Positions 35,634-45,998 of a DNA stretch of 61,879 nt are shown piece after piece. The notes under the pieces are model-generated. The model did no database searches and had not been told where the DNA came from. It saw only the letters and a program-made list of their open reading frames with translations. Origin of the DNA: a virus (lineage: Duplodnaviria > Caudoviricetes); the IMG/VR virus record IMGVR_UViG_3300047508_000126, positions 1 to 61,879 of that record; one strand, 5' to 3'. Numbering within the stretch: the stretch's first letter is position 1; each line of letters starts with the position of its first letter. Both the position numbers and the translations under genes were made by a program.

Positions 35634-36105
35634 CCTGGCGAGCGAACTGGAGGCTGTCGCGTTCCGGCTGCGCCGCGCGGGCGATGAGGATCTGGGCCGG
35701 GAGCTCACCAAGGCGATGCGCGACGCGGTTGATCCGGTGCCGGATGAGATCCGCGCCGGGCTGCGGTCGCGCCTGCCCGACCGGTACGCCGACACCCTCA
35801 ACACCGACCTGGACATCAAGACCATCACCCGGAACAGCGGCGGGGCCGATGCTGACGCCGCGGTGTCGGTCTACGCGCAGAACAGCGGGAAGAGCCGCGC
35901 GCTCAGGAAGCTCGACGCCGGCATCCTCCGGCATCCCCTGTTCGGCGACCGGGAGCACTGGTACACGCAGGCCGGCGGGGCCGGCACGGGACCGGGGATG
36001 CATTCCGGCTGGTTCACCAGCCCCTGCGAGGACGCCGCGTCCCGGGTCGCCGCCGGCCTCGAGCAGGCGCTGGGCGACGTCTCCGGTAAAGCGGCTGGCG
36101 GGTGA
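35626..36105 (+). CDS. HK97 gp10-like tail completion protein
   Basis: helical N-terminus, G.LRHPLFGDR..W..Q...GWF motif. Confidence 0.7.
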   Translation: MADLASELEAVAFRLRRAGDEDLGRELTKAMRDAVDPVPDEIRAGLRSRLPDRYADTLNTDLDIKTITRNSGGADADAAVSVYAQNSGKSRALRKLDAGILRHPLFGDREHWYTQAGGAGTGPGMHSGWFTSPCEDAASRVAAGLEQALGDVSGKAAGG

Positions 36106-36108
36106 CCG

Positions 36109-39102
36109 GTGGCCACCCAGTCGATCCGGTTTGACTTCCTGTCCTCCGGCGCCGCGCGTCTCGCAGCCGACTTCCGCAACACCGGCGACTCGGCGTCCTC
36201 CGCGGCGCGGGGCGCGGGGGTCCTGCAGAAGGTCATCGCGGACCTGGGGCAGAAGGAGAACCGCACCGCGGCGGAGTCGGTGGCCCTAGCGAAGGCGCTG
36301 CGGCTGACCGGCGACGCGGAAGACCGGGCCGCCGCGAAGGCCCTGGCGGCTGACATCGCGATCCGGCGACTCGACGACGCGCTGAAGGACTCAGGCAAGA
36401 GCGCTGGCGGAGCCAGGGGCGGGTTCGCGAGCCTGGCCGGGGAGGTCACCGGGTTCGGCGCCGCCTCCGACGCCGCGACCAGCGGGGGCAACAAGTTCAA
36501 GCTCGCCCTGGCCGGGATCAACCTCGCGTCCGGGGTCCTCGAGCCCGCCCTGGCCGGGGCCGTGGTAGCCGTCGGCGGGCTGGCGGCGGGCCTCGCGGCG
36601 GCCGGCGCGGGGATCGGCGTGTTCGGGATCGTCGCCAAGACGGTGTTCTCGGAGGCGTCCAAGGCAGCCACCGCCTATGCCACCGCCCAGGCCAAGTACG
36701 CGTCGGCCACTACCTCCGCGCAGCGCACAGCCGCGCTGAAAGCCGAGGCGGCCGCGTACGCCGGATTGTCCCCGCCCATCAAGACCCTCGCCGTCGAACT
36801 CGGCACCGCCCAGAGCCAGTGGCAGAAGTTCACCGACGCCGCCGCACCCGGCGTCGTCGGGGTCATCAGCGGCGGCCTCGGGCTGCTGCCGAAGATCCTC
36901 GCGTCGATGAAACCGTTCCTCGCCCCCGTCGAGGCGGCGCTGCGCGGCATCATCGGGCAGCTGAACACCGGCCTGTCATCGACGGGGTTCAAGTCGTTCA
37001 TCGACCTGCTCGCGAAGAACACGGGACCGGCGATCACGAAAATCGCCATTGCGGTCGGTAACGTGATCAAGGGGGTCGCCGGGATCCTGTCGGCGTTCAT
37101 GCCGGTGTCGCAGGGGATGCTGTCCGGGATCGACAAGATCACCGCGAAGTTCGCGGAGTGGGGCAAGTCCCTGTCCGGCGGTACCGGGTTCCAGTCCCTG
37201 ATGACCACCTTCAAGACGGAGACGCCGCAGGCCCTGAAGATCCTGACGAACCTCGGCGCGGTGATCGCCAACGTCGGCAAGGCCATGTTCGGCCTGTCCA
37301 CGTTCTCGAACTCGCGGTTGCTGCTGGGCGCGCTGCTGCCCCTGTCCGGGGTCCTCGCGTCGCTGTCGAAGAACACGGACCTGGTGCGGGTCGCGATGTA
37401 CGCGCTGCTCGCGGTGAAGATCGGGCAGCAGTTCTCCTGGATCGCCCCCGCATGGCAGGGCCTCGTCAAGTTCGCCGCCGCCGCCGACGGCGCCACCATC
37501 GCGGAGACGATCGCCGCCGCCGCGACCCGGGCGTGGGGCCTGGCGATGGATGCCCTGCCGTGGGTCGCGCTCGCCGCCGCCGTCATCGCCGTCGCGGTGC
37601 TGATCATCAAGTACCACCAGCAGATCTGGGTGTTCGCGCAGAAGGTGTGGCATGACGTCCTCGCCGTGATCATGGCCGTGTGGACCTGGGTGAAGGTCAA
37701 CTGGCCGCTGCTGCTCGCCATCATCACCGGGCCGATCGGCCTGGCGATCTTGTGGGTCGTTACCCATTTCGGTGAGATCACCACCGCGGTCAAGACGGTC
37801 CTGACCGCCGTCAAGACGGCGTGGGACGTCGCGTGGGCTGCGATCACGGCCGCGTTCCGCACGGTCATCAGCGCCGGGATCATCGCCCCGTTCAATACGA
37901 TCACGGGTGCGGTCAGGACAGTGCTGGGTGCCGTGTCGTCGGCGTGGAACTCGACGTGGAACACGCTGAAGGCCGCGTTCCGCGTGTTCGTCGTCGACGG
38001 GATCCTCGGCCCGCTGGGGCTGATCATCAACGGGGCCGCGGCGGCGTTCGGGTGGATCCCCGGCCTGGGCTCCAAGCTGAAGACGGCCGCGGCGGCGTTC
38101 AACACGTTCCGCGCCGGGGTGAACGCGGCGCTGGGCGGGATCAACGGGCGGACCGTCACCCTCACCGTCGCGATGCTGTCCGGGCAGGGCCTGGGCGTGC
38201 AGGGCCCCCCGCCGGGAGTGAAGAAGGCGGCGGGCGGCATCATCACCGGCGGCATCCCCGGCCGGGATTCCGTGCTGATCCGGGCGATGCCCGGCGAGGT
38301 TGTCGTCCCCACGAACATGGTGCGGGCCGGGGCTGTGGATCACCTCCGCGGGAAACTGCCCGGGTTCGCGGCCGGCGGCGTGGTCGGCGTGAACGTCGCC
38401 ACGCACACCCCGACACCCGCGCAGGTCCAGTCGACGCTGATGGCCCCCCTGATGAAGCTGGCCGTCGCGTTCGCGAAAGCCGCCGTGGCCGCGGCGAAGG
38501 CGGCATCCGGCGGCGTCTCCGGGGCCGGGCCGACCGGTGGCGACGCCGCGGTGAACCTGGCGCTGGCCAAGAAAATGTTCCCGTGGGGCGCGTCCCAGTG
38601 GGCTCCGTTCAACACCCTGGAAATGCACGAGGCCGGATACAACCGGTTCGCCCGTAATGCCAGCTCGGGAGCGTACGGCATCCCGCAGGCATATCCCCCC
38701 ACGAAGATGCCGTTCGCGGCGCAGGCCGGCGGCGGATCGCACGCCGGGCCGCAGCTGTCATGGATGTTCAGCTACATAGCCGGCCGGTACGGCACCCCGT
38801 CGGCGGCGTGGGCGCAGTATTTCCAGCACCCCGGCGGGGAGGGCTCGTATGACCAGGGCGGGTGGCTCATGCCCGGCGCGACCCTCGCGGTGAATAACAC
38901 CGGCCGGCCGGAGGCGGTCATCACCGGCGCCGGCCTCGACGGGATCACCGCCGAGCTGCGGGCGCTCCGCGCGGAGCTCCGGCAGCTCACCGGCGTCGCC
39001 GCCGGGATCCCCGCCGCGACCGGCCGCCACGTCGGCGGGGCCATCAGCGGCTCCGCCGGCGCGGCGTCGTTCCGGAACAGGTATCCAGTCGGGGGAGCCT
39101 GA
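36109..39102 (+). CDS. tape measure protein with C-terminal lytic-transglycosylase-like domain
   Basis: 997-aa Ala-rich protein with W/F-spaced repeats; HEAGYN..A.N.SSGAYGIPQA...YIAGRYGTP..AW. Confidence 0.92.
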   Translation: MATQSIRFDFLSSGAARLAADFRNTGDSASSAARGAGVLQKVIADLGQKENRTAAESVALAKALRLTGDAEDRAAAKALAADIAIRRLDDALKDSGKSAGGARGGFASLAGEVTGFGAASDAATSGGNKFKLALAGINLASGVLEPALAGAVVAVGGLAAGLAAAGAGIGVFGIVAKTVFSEASKAATAYATAQAKYASATTSAQRTAALKAEAAAYAGLSPPIKTLAVELGTAQSQWQKFTDAAAPGVVGVISGGLGLLPKILASMKPFLAPVEAALRGIIGQLNTGLSSTGFKSFIDLLAKNTGPAITKIAIAVGNVIKGVAGILSAFMPVSQGMLSGIDKITAKFAEWGKSLSGGTGFQSLMTTFKTETPQALKILTNLGAVIANVGKAMFGLSTFSNSRLLLGALLPLSGVLASLSKNTDLVRVAMYALLAVKIGQQFSWIAPAWQGLVKFAAAADGATIAETIAAAATRAWGLAMDALPWVALAAAVIAVAVLIIKYHQQIWVFAQKVWHDVLAVIMAVWTWVKVNWPLLLAIITGPIGLAILWVVTHFGEITTAVKTVLTAVKTAWDVAWAAITAAFRTVISAGIIAPFNTITGAVRTVLGAVSSAWNSTWNTLKAAFRVFVVDGILGPLGLIINGAAAAFGWIPGLGSKLKTAAAAFNTFRAGVNAALGGINGRTVTLTVAMLSGQGLGVQGPPPGVKKAAGGIITGGIPGRDSVLIRAMPGEVVVPTNMVRAGAVDHLRGKLPGFAAGGVVGVNVATHTPTPAQVQSTLMAPLMKLAVAFAKAAVAAAKAASGGVSGAGPTGGDAAVNLALAKKMFPWGASQWAPFNTLEMHEAGYNRFARNASSGAYGIPQAYPPTKMPFAAQAGGGSHAGPQLSWMFSYIAGRYGTPSAAWAQYFQHPGGEGSYDQGGWLMPGATLAVNNTGRPEAVITGAGLDGITAELRALRAELRQLTGVAAGIPAATGRHVGGAISGSAGAASFRNRYPVGGA

Positions 39103-42100
39103 TGACGAGTTCGCTCATACTCGGCAACGCGATCGAGCTCCTGGGTGCTGAGGGCGGCGTCCCGTCGGTCAACCCCGCATGTGCCGGGGCGATCTTCCTC
39201 CTGGCGGATGACGGGTCCTACGACCTGGGTGCTGCCCAGCCCACCTCGAGCTACGTCGCGTCGCTGATCCTCGACGGCGAGCGGCCGTTCGGGCGGCGTG
39301 CCAGCAACAGGCAGATCGTGCTGCCGGTGAAGATCGTCGCGCCTAACGGCAGCCTGCAGCTCCTGGCCGCCGCCCGGGAGTTTTTGCAGCAGACCGTCGA
39401 CCAGGACGTGTGGACGATCACCTGGGTGCGTGACCCCGGGCCCGGCGGGACGCCGACGCCGCTGATCATCGACTGTTTCCGCGCTCAGCCGTCCAAGCCG
39501 GCGTATGCGCCGCTGGCTGAGGCGCAGGGTGTCATGCGGATCAACCTGGTCATCCCGGCGTTGCCCTACGGCCGGTCTGATGTGCAGTCGCAGATCGCGT
39601 TCGCGGCGCCGATCCCGCAGACCCCCCCGCCACCCCCCGCACCGGTTGTCATCGACACGTTCTCGACGATCTCGAGCACGCAGCATTTCCAGTCGGACCG
39701 GTGCATCGTCGGCCCCCGCTCGTGCGGGTGGGATCCTGATGATGCGCGGGTGGGTGACCCGGGCGGGCAGGCTAACCGGTTCCTGTACACGAACGCCAGC
39801 CTGGCGACGACGCTGAACCTGACGGGCATGACATCCGTCGCGATGTGGCTCGGGTTCGGCAGCAGGTATTACACCGCGTTGGAATACCACGGGAAGATCC
39901 ACGGGGTTTCCCTGTATGTCACGCTGGCGGACACGAGCGGGAACACGCTCGGGATGAGCCGCACCGGGCTGCGTCTCCCGGTGTCCCCGGATGCGCAGCA
40001 GCCCGTGTTCTCCCGGGTGTCGATGCCCATCCCGGCCAGCACCACGTTCAATTACTCGAGCGTGGGCGGGTACACGATCGAGATCCTCAACCGTCACGAC
40101 CGGATCCGGCGGCTGTCCTGGGTGACCGCGTTCGTCGACGCGCTCACCGCCTATCCGCCGTCGCAGACCGCGAACCCGGTGACCCGCGGCGCCCTCTACA
40201 CGCTGTACGGGCTGCAGGGGACGGCTAGGTCGGCGATGACGCTGGCGTTCCAGCAGCCCCCCACCGCCGGGACGGTGGTCCCGGTCACCTTGACGGGGGC
40301 CGGGAACTTCACCGTCCCGGCGCTGACCTCGTGGCTGAAAGTGGAGGCGGTCGGCGGCGGGGGTGCCGGGTCGTCGCTGACCGCGACCGGGAACGGCGGA
40401 GGCGGCGGCGGAGGCGGTTACGCCGCCGAATACGTGTTCCCCGCTACGCCGGGCCAGGTCATCCCGTATTACGTGGGTCTCGGCGGCACGGCCGGCGCTT
40501 CTCCGGTTGACGGGCAGCCGACCGTGTTCGGCCCGGGGCCGTCCGGCCCGATGGCCGTCACCGCGAACGGCGGGAAGTCCGCCCTGCAGAACTCCGCGAC
40601 CGGGGCGCTCGGCGGGCTGGCGTCCGGGAACGCGGTCACCTTCCCCGGCGGCACCGGCCGGACCGCCACCGGCAGCGTGGGCGGCGGCGGCGGCAGCTCC
40701 GGCGGGAACGCCTCGGCGGGCCTGTCCCCCACCGGCACCGCCGCGACCGTGTTCACCTCACCCGGCACCGCGACTTGGACGTGCCCGGCCGGAGTGACCC
40801 AGGTCTACGCGGAATGCTGGGGGTCCGGCGGGTCCGGGGCCCTGGGAGCGTCCGGCGGCGGGAACGGCGGCGGCGGAGGCGGAGGCGAGTACGCGGCCGC
40901 CTTCGTCAATGTCACGCCAGCGGGTGTGTACTCATATACGGTCGCGGCGGGCGGCGCGGCCGTGTCCACCTCCGGCACGAACGGGAACAACGGGGCCAGC
41001 TCGACGTTCACCGGGGACGCCGCCGTCACGGTCACCGGGCACGGCGGCGGCGCGGGCCTGTACCGGACCAGCAGCGGCGGCAACGGGGCCGCTGGCACCG
41101 GGTCGTCCGGTATCCATTTCAACGGCGGCACGGGCGGGTCCGCCTTTCCGTACAGCGGGTCGGGCGGGTCCTCGGCTGGCCAGGCGTCGGCGGGCAACAA
41201 CGGCAACGGGTACGGCAGCGCGACCCCGGCCCCGACCGGCGGCGGCGCGGGCGGTGCCGGGACCGGGGCGACCACCGGCAACGGCACCGCCGGGACGGCA
41301 CCCGGCGGCGGCGGCGGCGGCACCTACACCAGCCCGGGAACCTCCGGGGCGGGCGCACCCGGCCAGGTCAGGCTCACCTTCCCCGGCGGCCTGGGCGCCC
41401 CGACGAACAACGGCGCCGCAGCCGTGTCCGGCGGGGGTGCTGGCGGGGCGGGCGGCCCGTCCGCCAACACCGTCGGGTCCGCGGGATCCCAGCCGGGAGG
41501 CGCGGGCGGCGGGGCGTGCTCCACCGGCACCGCCGAGGCAGGCGGCGCCGGCGGGGCCGGGAAGATCACCATCACCCCCTACTCGTCCGCCCCGTTCAAG
41601 AGCTTGATCGTGCACCGGCCGCCGCTCGGCGCGCTGAAGACATTCGTGCCGCTCATCCCGGTCGGCGCCGGGATCGACGCGCCGGACGGCACCCACCAGT
41701 ACACGGTGCCGCAGCCTGTGACCGGCGTGAACGCCGACTTCGGCGGGACCTACACCCTGTACCTGATCGCCTCGTCGCTGCACGGCAGCGCGGCCAGGAC
41801 GATCACCGTCACCGTGACGCAATATGAGTACGCGGGCGGCCCGTCGTACTCGGTCAGCACCCTGCCGGTCACCGTCACCCCAGCGCAGATCACCAATAAC
41901 ATCCTGACCGCAGGCGTTCTGACGCTTCCGGTCAAGGCGGTCGCGGCCGACAACTCAGGCGGCTACTACAGCGTCTCAGTTACTGACAGTGACACTCTAG
42001 ACCGCTGGAATGACTGCCTGGCGCTTGATACCCAGGGCCAGACGGTGGTGATCAACGGCACCGGCAGTTACATCAACTACTACCTCGACGCGCCGGAACC

Positions 42101-42311
42101 CAACCTGGACCTGGGCCTGATCATGGGGTCCTCCCAGGGCCGCCCCTCTGCGGTGTCCGTGTTCGACGCCTGCCAGGCGATCAGCGGCGGCGCCATGGCC
42201 ATCGAGCCCGCTGACGGGGAGAACGCCTTGTTTGCCTACAGCGCGGATGCGTCGGCTCCTAATATCTCCGTCAGCTACTACCCGTCCTGGTTCTTTGACC
42301 GGACCCAGTGA
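39102..42311 (+). CDS. minor tail protein (Dit position) with long Gly-rich insertions
   Basis: directly after the tape measure gene; repeated GGGGGG(G/E)YAA domains. Confidence 0.8.
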   Translation: MTSSLILGNAIELLGAEGGVPSVNPACAGAIFLLADDGSYDLGAAQPTSSYVASLILDGERPFGRRASNRQIVLPVKIVAPNGSLQLLAAAREFLQQTVDQDVWTITWVRDPGPGGTPTPLIIDCFRAQPSKPAYAPLAEAQGVMRINLVIPALPYGRSDVQSQIAFAAPIPQTPPPPPAPVVIDTFSTISSTQHFQSDRCIVGPRSCGWDPDDARVGDPGGQANRFLYTNASLATTLNLTGMTSVAMWLGFGSRYYTALEYHGKIHGVSLYVTLADTSGNTLGMSRTGLRLPVSPDAQQPVFSRVSMPIPASTTFNYSSVGGYTIEILNRHDRIRRLSWVTAFVDALTAYPPSQTANPVTRGALYTLYGLQGTARSAMTLAFQQPPTAGTVVPVTLTGAGNFTVPALTSWLKVEAVGGGGAGSSLTATGNGGGGGGGGYAAEYVFPATPGQVIPYYVGLGGTAGASPVDGQPTVFGPGPSGPMAVTANGGKSALQNSATGALGGLASGNAVTFPGGTGRTATGSVGGGGGSSGGNASAGLSPTGTAATVFTSPGTATWTCPAGVTQVYAECWGSGGSGALGASGGGNGGGGGGGEYAAAFVNVTPAGVYSYTVAAGGAAVSTSGTNGNNGASSTFTGDAAVTVTGHGGGAGLYRTSSGGNGAAGTGSSGIHFNGGTGGSAFPYSGSGGSSAGQASAGNNGNGYGSATPAPTGGGAGGAGTGATTGNGTAGTAPGGGGGGTYTSPGTSGAGAPGQVRLTFPGGLGAPTNNGAAAVSGGGAGGAGGPSANTVGSAGSQPGGAGGGACSTGTAEAGGAGGAGKITITPYSSAPFKSLIVHRPPLGALKTFVPLIPVGAGIDAPDGTHQYTVPQPVTGVNADFGGTYTLYLIASSLHGSAARTITVTVTQYEYAGGPSYSVSTLPVTVTPAQITNNILTAGVLTLPVKAVAADNSGGYYSVSVTDSDTLDRWNDCLALDTQGQTVVINGTGSYINYYLDAPEPNLDLGLIMGSSQGRPSAVSVFDACQAISGGAMAIEPADGENALFAYSADASAPNISVSYYPSWFFDRTQ

Positions 42312-42317
42312 GCGGCG

Positions 42318-42542
42318 CTAGCCGTCCACGGTGCGCTTGATTACGCGCACGCAGTCGCCCTCCGTGCCGTAGGGGATATAGAGCACCCAGCCGGCTTTGC
42401 GCATGGCTTCGTTGAGCTCGGCAGGCAGGTCCCCGTCGTCCACCTGGGACCGGGCGTACGCGGCGGCGCGATCCTCGCTGCTGAACGGCACCGGGTCAAC
42501 ATCGGAATGCCGGTCCTCGACCAGGACGATCCAGATTTCCAC
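42318..42542 (-). CDS. small hypothetical protein (moron)
   Basis: 74-aa ORF on the strand opposite the tail operon. Confidence 0.6.
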   Translation of the reverse strand: MEIWIVLVEDRHSDVDPVPFSSEDRAAAYARSQVDDGDLPAELNEAMRKAGWVLYIPYGTEGDCVRVIKRTVDG

Positions 42543-42551
42543 CAGCCGATC

Positions 42552-42839
42552 TTACCGGCGAGACGGAATGGCGACAGTAGCCATCGGCGGGAACTCCTGC
42601 GAGTGATGCCAGTGGCCGCAGGGACGGTTCGGCTTGTCCCACGTCCCGTACGGCTCGCCGGGCATCCCGCCGTTACAGAACCGCCATTGCCAGTGCTCGA
42701 CGGTGCCTAGGTAGCTGGTGTGATCGAAGTGCTGCCAGCAGCACGTCCAGTCCAGCCAGGGCGCGTGTGCCAGCACGTTCAGGTCGCTGGCGAGGCGGCC
42801 GAGCATCGACTGCCTGGCGGCGGCCCTTAGATCACCCAC
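42552..42839 (-). CDS. Trp/Cys/His-rich hypothetical protein (moron)
   Basis: GTG 6 nt after a TAGAAT -10 box (42851-42846). Confidence 0.55.
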   Translation of the reverse strand: MGDLRAAARQSMLGRLASDLNVLAHAPWLDWTCCWQHFDHTSYLGTVEHWQWRFCNGGMPGEPYGTWDKPNRPCGHWHHSQEFPPMATVAIPSRR

Positions 42840-42901
42840 CGCCGCATTCTAACGCTGGCGGAGCCTGATGCCGACCCGCTGTACGTGGAGGTGAGCGCGG
42901 C

Positions 42902-45061
42902 GTGAGCCTGTCCTACCGGGCCGCCCCCGCGTTCACCAACACCGGCAGCACCGGCGTCACCAGCACCAGCGTCACCAAGCAGGCCGGCACCGCGGCCGGC
43001 GACTGGATCTTCATCTACGTGTTCGCCGGCACCGCCTCGATGGCGTGCACGGGGTTCACCTCCAAACCCGACGGGAACGGGTTCGGCGGCCTGCTGTACC
43101 GCCTCGCGGACGGCTCCGAAGGATCCTCGTTCAGCATCACCGGGCTGGCCGGGAACCGGGCCAGCACGATGATCGTCACGGTCGCCGGCGGGGCCGCGAC
43201 GCTCGACCCGGCCACCGTCGGGACGCCCACGTCCGGCGGGGCGGGCACATCCATCGCCGTCGCGTCGATCACCCTGGCCAACAGCACCGACTGGCTCCTG
43301 TGGTTCGCCGCGAACCAGAACGGCTACTCCGGCGCGGGGATGGCGATCACCCCGCCGTCCGGGTTCTCGAGCCAGGGCACCAACGGGGCCCTCGCCTCCA
43401 ACTCGACCATCATGCTGGCCGACAACGAGTCGGTTGCCAGCGGGGCGACCGGCACGAAGACCGGCACGTTCACCAGCTCCACGTTCTACTCCGGCGTGAT
43501 GGTCGGGATCACCCCCGCCGCGGGCACGACGCACAGCGCCACGGCCGCCCTGTCCGGTTCCGGGACCCTGGGCGGGGCGGGGGTGTTCGCCGGGGCGGCG
43601 GCGCTGTCCGGGATCGGGACGCTGGGCGGGACCGCGACCCACGTTACCGGCCACGGCCGCGGCACCGCCGCGCTGTCCGGCTCCGGGACCCTGGGCGCCT
43701 CCCGGACCTTCGCGTTCTCCCGGGTCGCCGCGCTTGACGGCAACGGCACCCTGAACGCCACCTGGACCGGCGTCCTCGCCCAGCCCCCCGCCGTCCTGTC
43801 CGGCACCGGCACCCTGAACCTGTCCGGGTTCATCCTCAGCGTCCCGGCCGGGCTGTCCGGCAACGGCACCCTGTCCGTCCTGCAGGCCACCGGCGGGCTC
43901 GTGTTCGCCAGCCCCGGCGCGGCCGTCCCGTACGCCTACCCGCTGTCGTCCCAGGTGATGGTCGCCCCCCCGGGCACGTCGGCGTGGCGGCCCCTCGGAT
44001 CCGTCGGCTCCGTCACCGCCCTCACCTACTCCTACACCTGCCCCGGCGGGGCCGACAAGATGACCTGCACCGTCATGGCCCCCGCCGCCTACCGCACCCA
44101 GCTGTTCAACCCGGGATGGCAGGTGAAGATCACTAGGGGCGGCCACCAGGTGTGGACCGGGAAACTCGACGAGCCGCAGCCATCCGCCGCCGGGTGGACG
44201 CTCACCGCCGTCGGCACCGGGAACCGCGGCACCGACTTCACCGCCGTCTACACCAGCACCTGGCCATCCGGCGAACCAGACCAGGCCATCAACGCCGCGA
44301 TAGGACGCGGGCTCCCCTGGATCAACCCCGGTGTCGGCACCCCGTCCGGGGCCTGGTTCGGGCAGGAAGTCGACCCCGGCTCCCAGACCATCACCGGGCT
44401 GCTCAACCTCATCTGCACTAGGGGCGGCCTCACCTGGTACGTCAACAGCCAGCCCGGCGGGATCCCCGGCGACGACCTGGCTGTTTTCCCCCTCCCCACC
44501 GTGGTGAACCGGCTGCTGGTCTGCACGCAGCCCGTAGCCAGGACCCTCGGCGGGGACATCAACACCATCCAGATCCGCTACCAGTCCGCCGCCGACGACA
44601 CCACCAGCGGCACCCCCGCCACCTACGCCCTCACCTCCGTGACCAGCGCCGCCAGCGTCACCGCCCACGGCGTCATCGAGACGTACATTGACCTGTCCAG
44701 TGCCGGGGTCATGTCCGCGGGCGCCGCGCAGGCGGTCGGCAATAAGGTGCTGGCCATCTACCAGCGGGCGTCGTTTGCGGGTCCATTTGTGGCCCGCTAT
44801 GGGCAGCTCACCACCACCGGCGGAGTCCCGCTTGACCCCGGCACCGACCAAGCCGGGACTGCGGTCAAGCTGATCCTCACCGACTTCGGCTACGGCGGGG
44901 AAGTGCTGCCGAACCTGCCCATCACGTTCATCGTCGGCTCATACGAGTGGGATGACCTGGCGCAGACCGCCACCATCACGCCGTATCAATCAGTGAACGC
45001 CAGCCTTCAAGGCCTGCTCTCCCTGGCCAGCCAAGGACTGACACCGATCACGGTCGCCTAA
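42902..45061 (+). CDS. minor tail protein (N-terminal fibre-like repeats, C-terminal Tal-like hub region)
   Basis: GGAGG RBS; ALSG.GTL repeats then L.YS...PGG...VWTG.L.EP. Confidence 0.78.
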   Translation: MSLSYRAAPAFTNTGSTGVTSTSVTKQAGTAAGDWIFIYVFAGTASMACTGFTSKPDGNGFGGLLYRLADGSEGSSFSITGLAGNRASTMIVTVAGGAATLDPATVGTPTSGGAGTSIAVASITLANSTDWLLWFAANQNGYSGAGMAITPPSGFSSQGTNGALASNSTIMLADNESVASGATGTKTGTFTSSTFYSGVMVGITPAAGTTHSATAALSGSGTLGGAGVFAGAAALSGIGTLGGTATHVTGHGRGTAALSGSGTLGASRTFAFSRVAALDGNGTLNATWTGVLAQPPAVLSGTGTLNLSGFILSVPAGLSGNGTLSVLQATGGLVFASPGAAVPYAYPLSSQVMVAPPGTSAWRPLGSVGSVTALTYSYTCPGGADKMTCTVMAPAAYRTQLFNPGWQVKITRGGHQVWTGKLDEPQPSAAGWTLTAVGTGNRGTDFTAVYTSTWPSGEPDQAINAAIGRGLPWINPGVGTPSGAWFGQEVDPGSQTITGLLNLICTRGGLTWYVNSQPGGIPGDDLAVFPLPTVVNRLLVCTQPVARTLGGDINTIQIRYQSAADDTTSGTPATYALTSVTSAASVTAHGVIETYIDLSSAGVMSAGAAQAVGNKVLAIYQRASFAGPFVARYGQLTTTGGVPLDPGTDQAGTAVKLILTDFGYGGEVLPNLPITFIVGSYEWDDLAQTATITPYQSVNASLQGLLSLASQGLTPITVA

Positions 45062-45073
45062 AAACCTGTGAGA

Positions 45074-45221
45074 GCCGGGAGAGTAGGCGCGTAGCGGCGC
45101 CTCGTTCTTAAGCCGCAGCCAAGACGCCATCCTCCGCCCGGTTTCCCGGACATCACCAAGCTCTGGCCTGCCTGCTCGTTTAGGGGACCTGCCCTAGTAC
45201 CCGGCGGCGGCCTCTCCCGGC
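45074..45221 (-). ncRNA. candidate structured RNA or regulatory element
   Basis: closing stem GCCGGGAGAG/CTCTCCCGGC enclosing at least three hairpins, one with a GAAA tetraloop on the minus strand. Confidence 0.35.
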
Positions 45222-45270
45222 CCCCGCTGCATCTTAACGAGGACCGGGAACCAGGACAAAGGAGTATCCG

Positions 45271-45471
45271 ATGGCACGCGTCATCACCTGCAAGGGCTGC
45301 GGGACCTCAGTCACCCTGTATGCAGATGAAGATCCGCACGCCGCGCTGACGTGCGGGTGCTGCGAAGAGGACCACCACCACGGGCAGGCCACCGAAGCCA
45401 CCGGCGTGCCCTGCCGGCCAGTCCACCACATCTACACCGGCCAGCTGGGCGCGCCGGGAACCGGAGGCTGA
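45271..45471 (+). CDS. small Cys/His-rich protein
   Basis: AAGGAG RBS; CKGC...CGCC..DHHH...CRP. Confidence 0.65.
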   Translation: MARVITCKGCGTSVTLYADEDPHAALTCGCCEEDHHHGQATEATGVPCRPVHHIYTGQLGAPGTGG

Positions 45472-45474
45472 CCC

Positions 45475-45924
45475 ATGGCCAACATGACAGAGCAGCTGCG
45501 GGTCAACGCCATCCTGCAGGCCCTGTTCACCAGCTCCACCACGTTCACGATCACCCCGGGCACCGGCGGCGGCTCCGCGTTCATCATCACCCCCCCGTAC
45601 AAGCTGCGGCTCATGAACGCGCAGGGCTCCAACGCCTCCAACGGCACCGAGATCACCACCTCCCCCGGGTACACCGCCGGCGGGAACAGCCTCGGCACCA
45701 CGTTCTGCGCCGCGCCGTCCGCCGGCACCCAGTCCAACTCCAACGCCGTGTCCTGGTCCGCCACCGGCACCTGGCAGACCGTCAACGCCATCGAGATCTG
45801 GGACTCCGCCGGCACCCCCCTGCGGTGGCTACAGGGAGCTATCACCGCGATCACCGGGGTAGTCAACGGTGACACTGTGAGTTTTGCTATAGGCTCGATT
45901 ACAATAAATAGCTCGCAGTGGTAA
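45475..45924 (+). CDS. putative virion structural protein, paralog of 28278..28721
   Basis: KLRL...GTEI...GYTAGG...IWDSAG. Confidence 0.72.
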   Translation: MANMTEQLRVNAILQALFTSSTTFTITPGTGGGSAFIITPPYKLRLMNAQGSNASNGTEITTSPGYTAGGNSLGTTFCAAPSAGTQSNSNAVSWSATGTWQTVNAIEIWDSAGTPLRWLQGAITAITGVVNGDTVSFAIGSITINSSQW

Positions 45925-45982
45925 TGGCTGGTCAGAAGATATAAATCGAACAATCGAGCCTATAGAAGTTGAAGACAAGCTG

Positions 45983-45998
45983 TGCTATAGTTACTGTA
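45983..45998 (+). promoter_or_regulatory. extended -10 leaderless promoter of the HNH gene
   Basis: TGcTATAGT, ATG 6 nt downstream. Confidence 0.6.
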
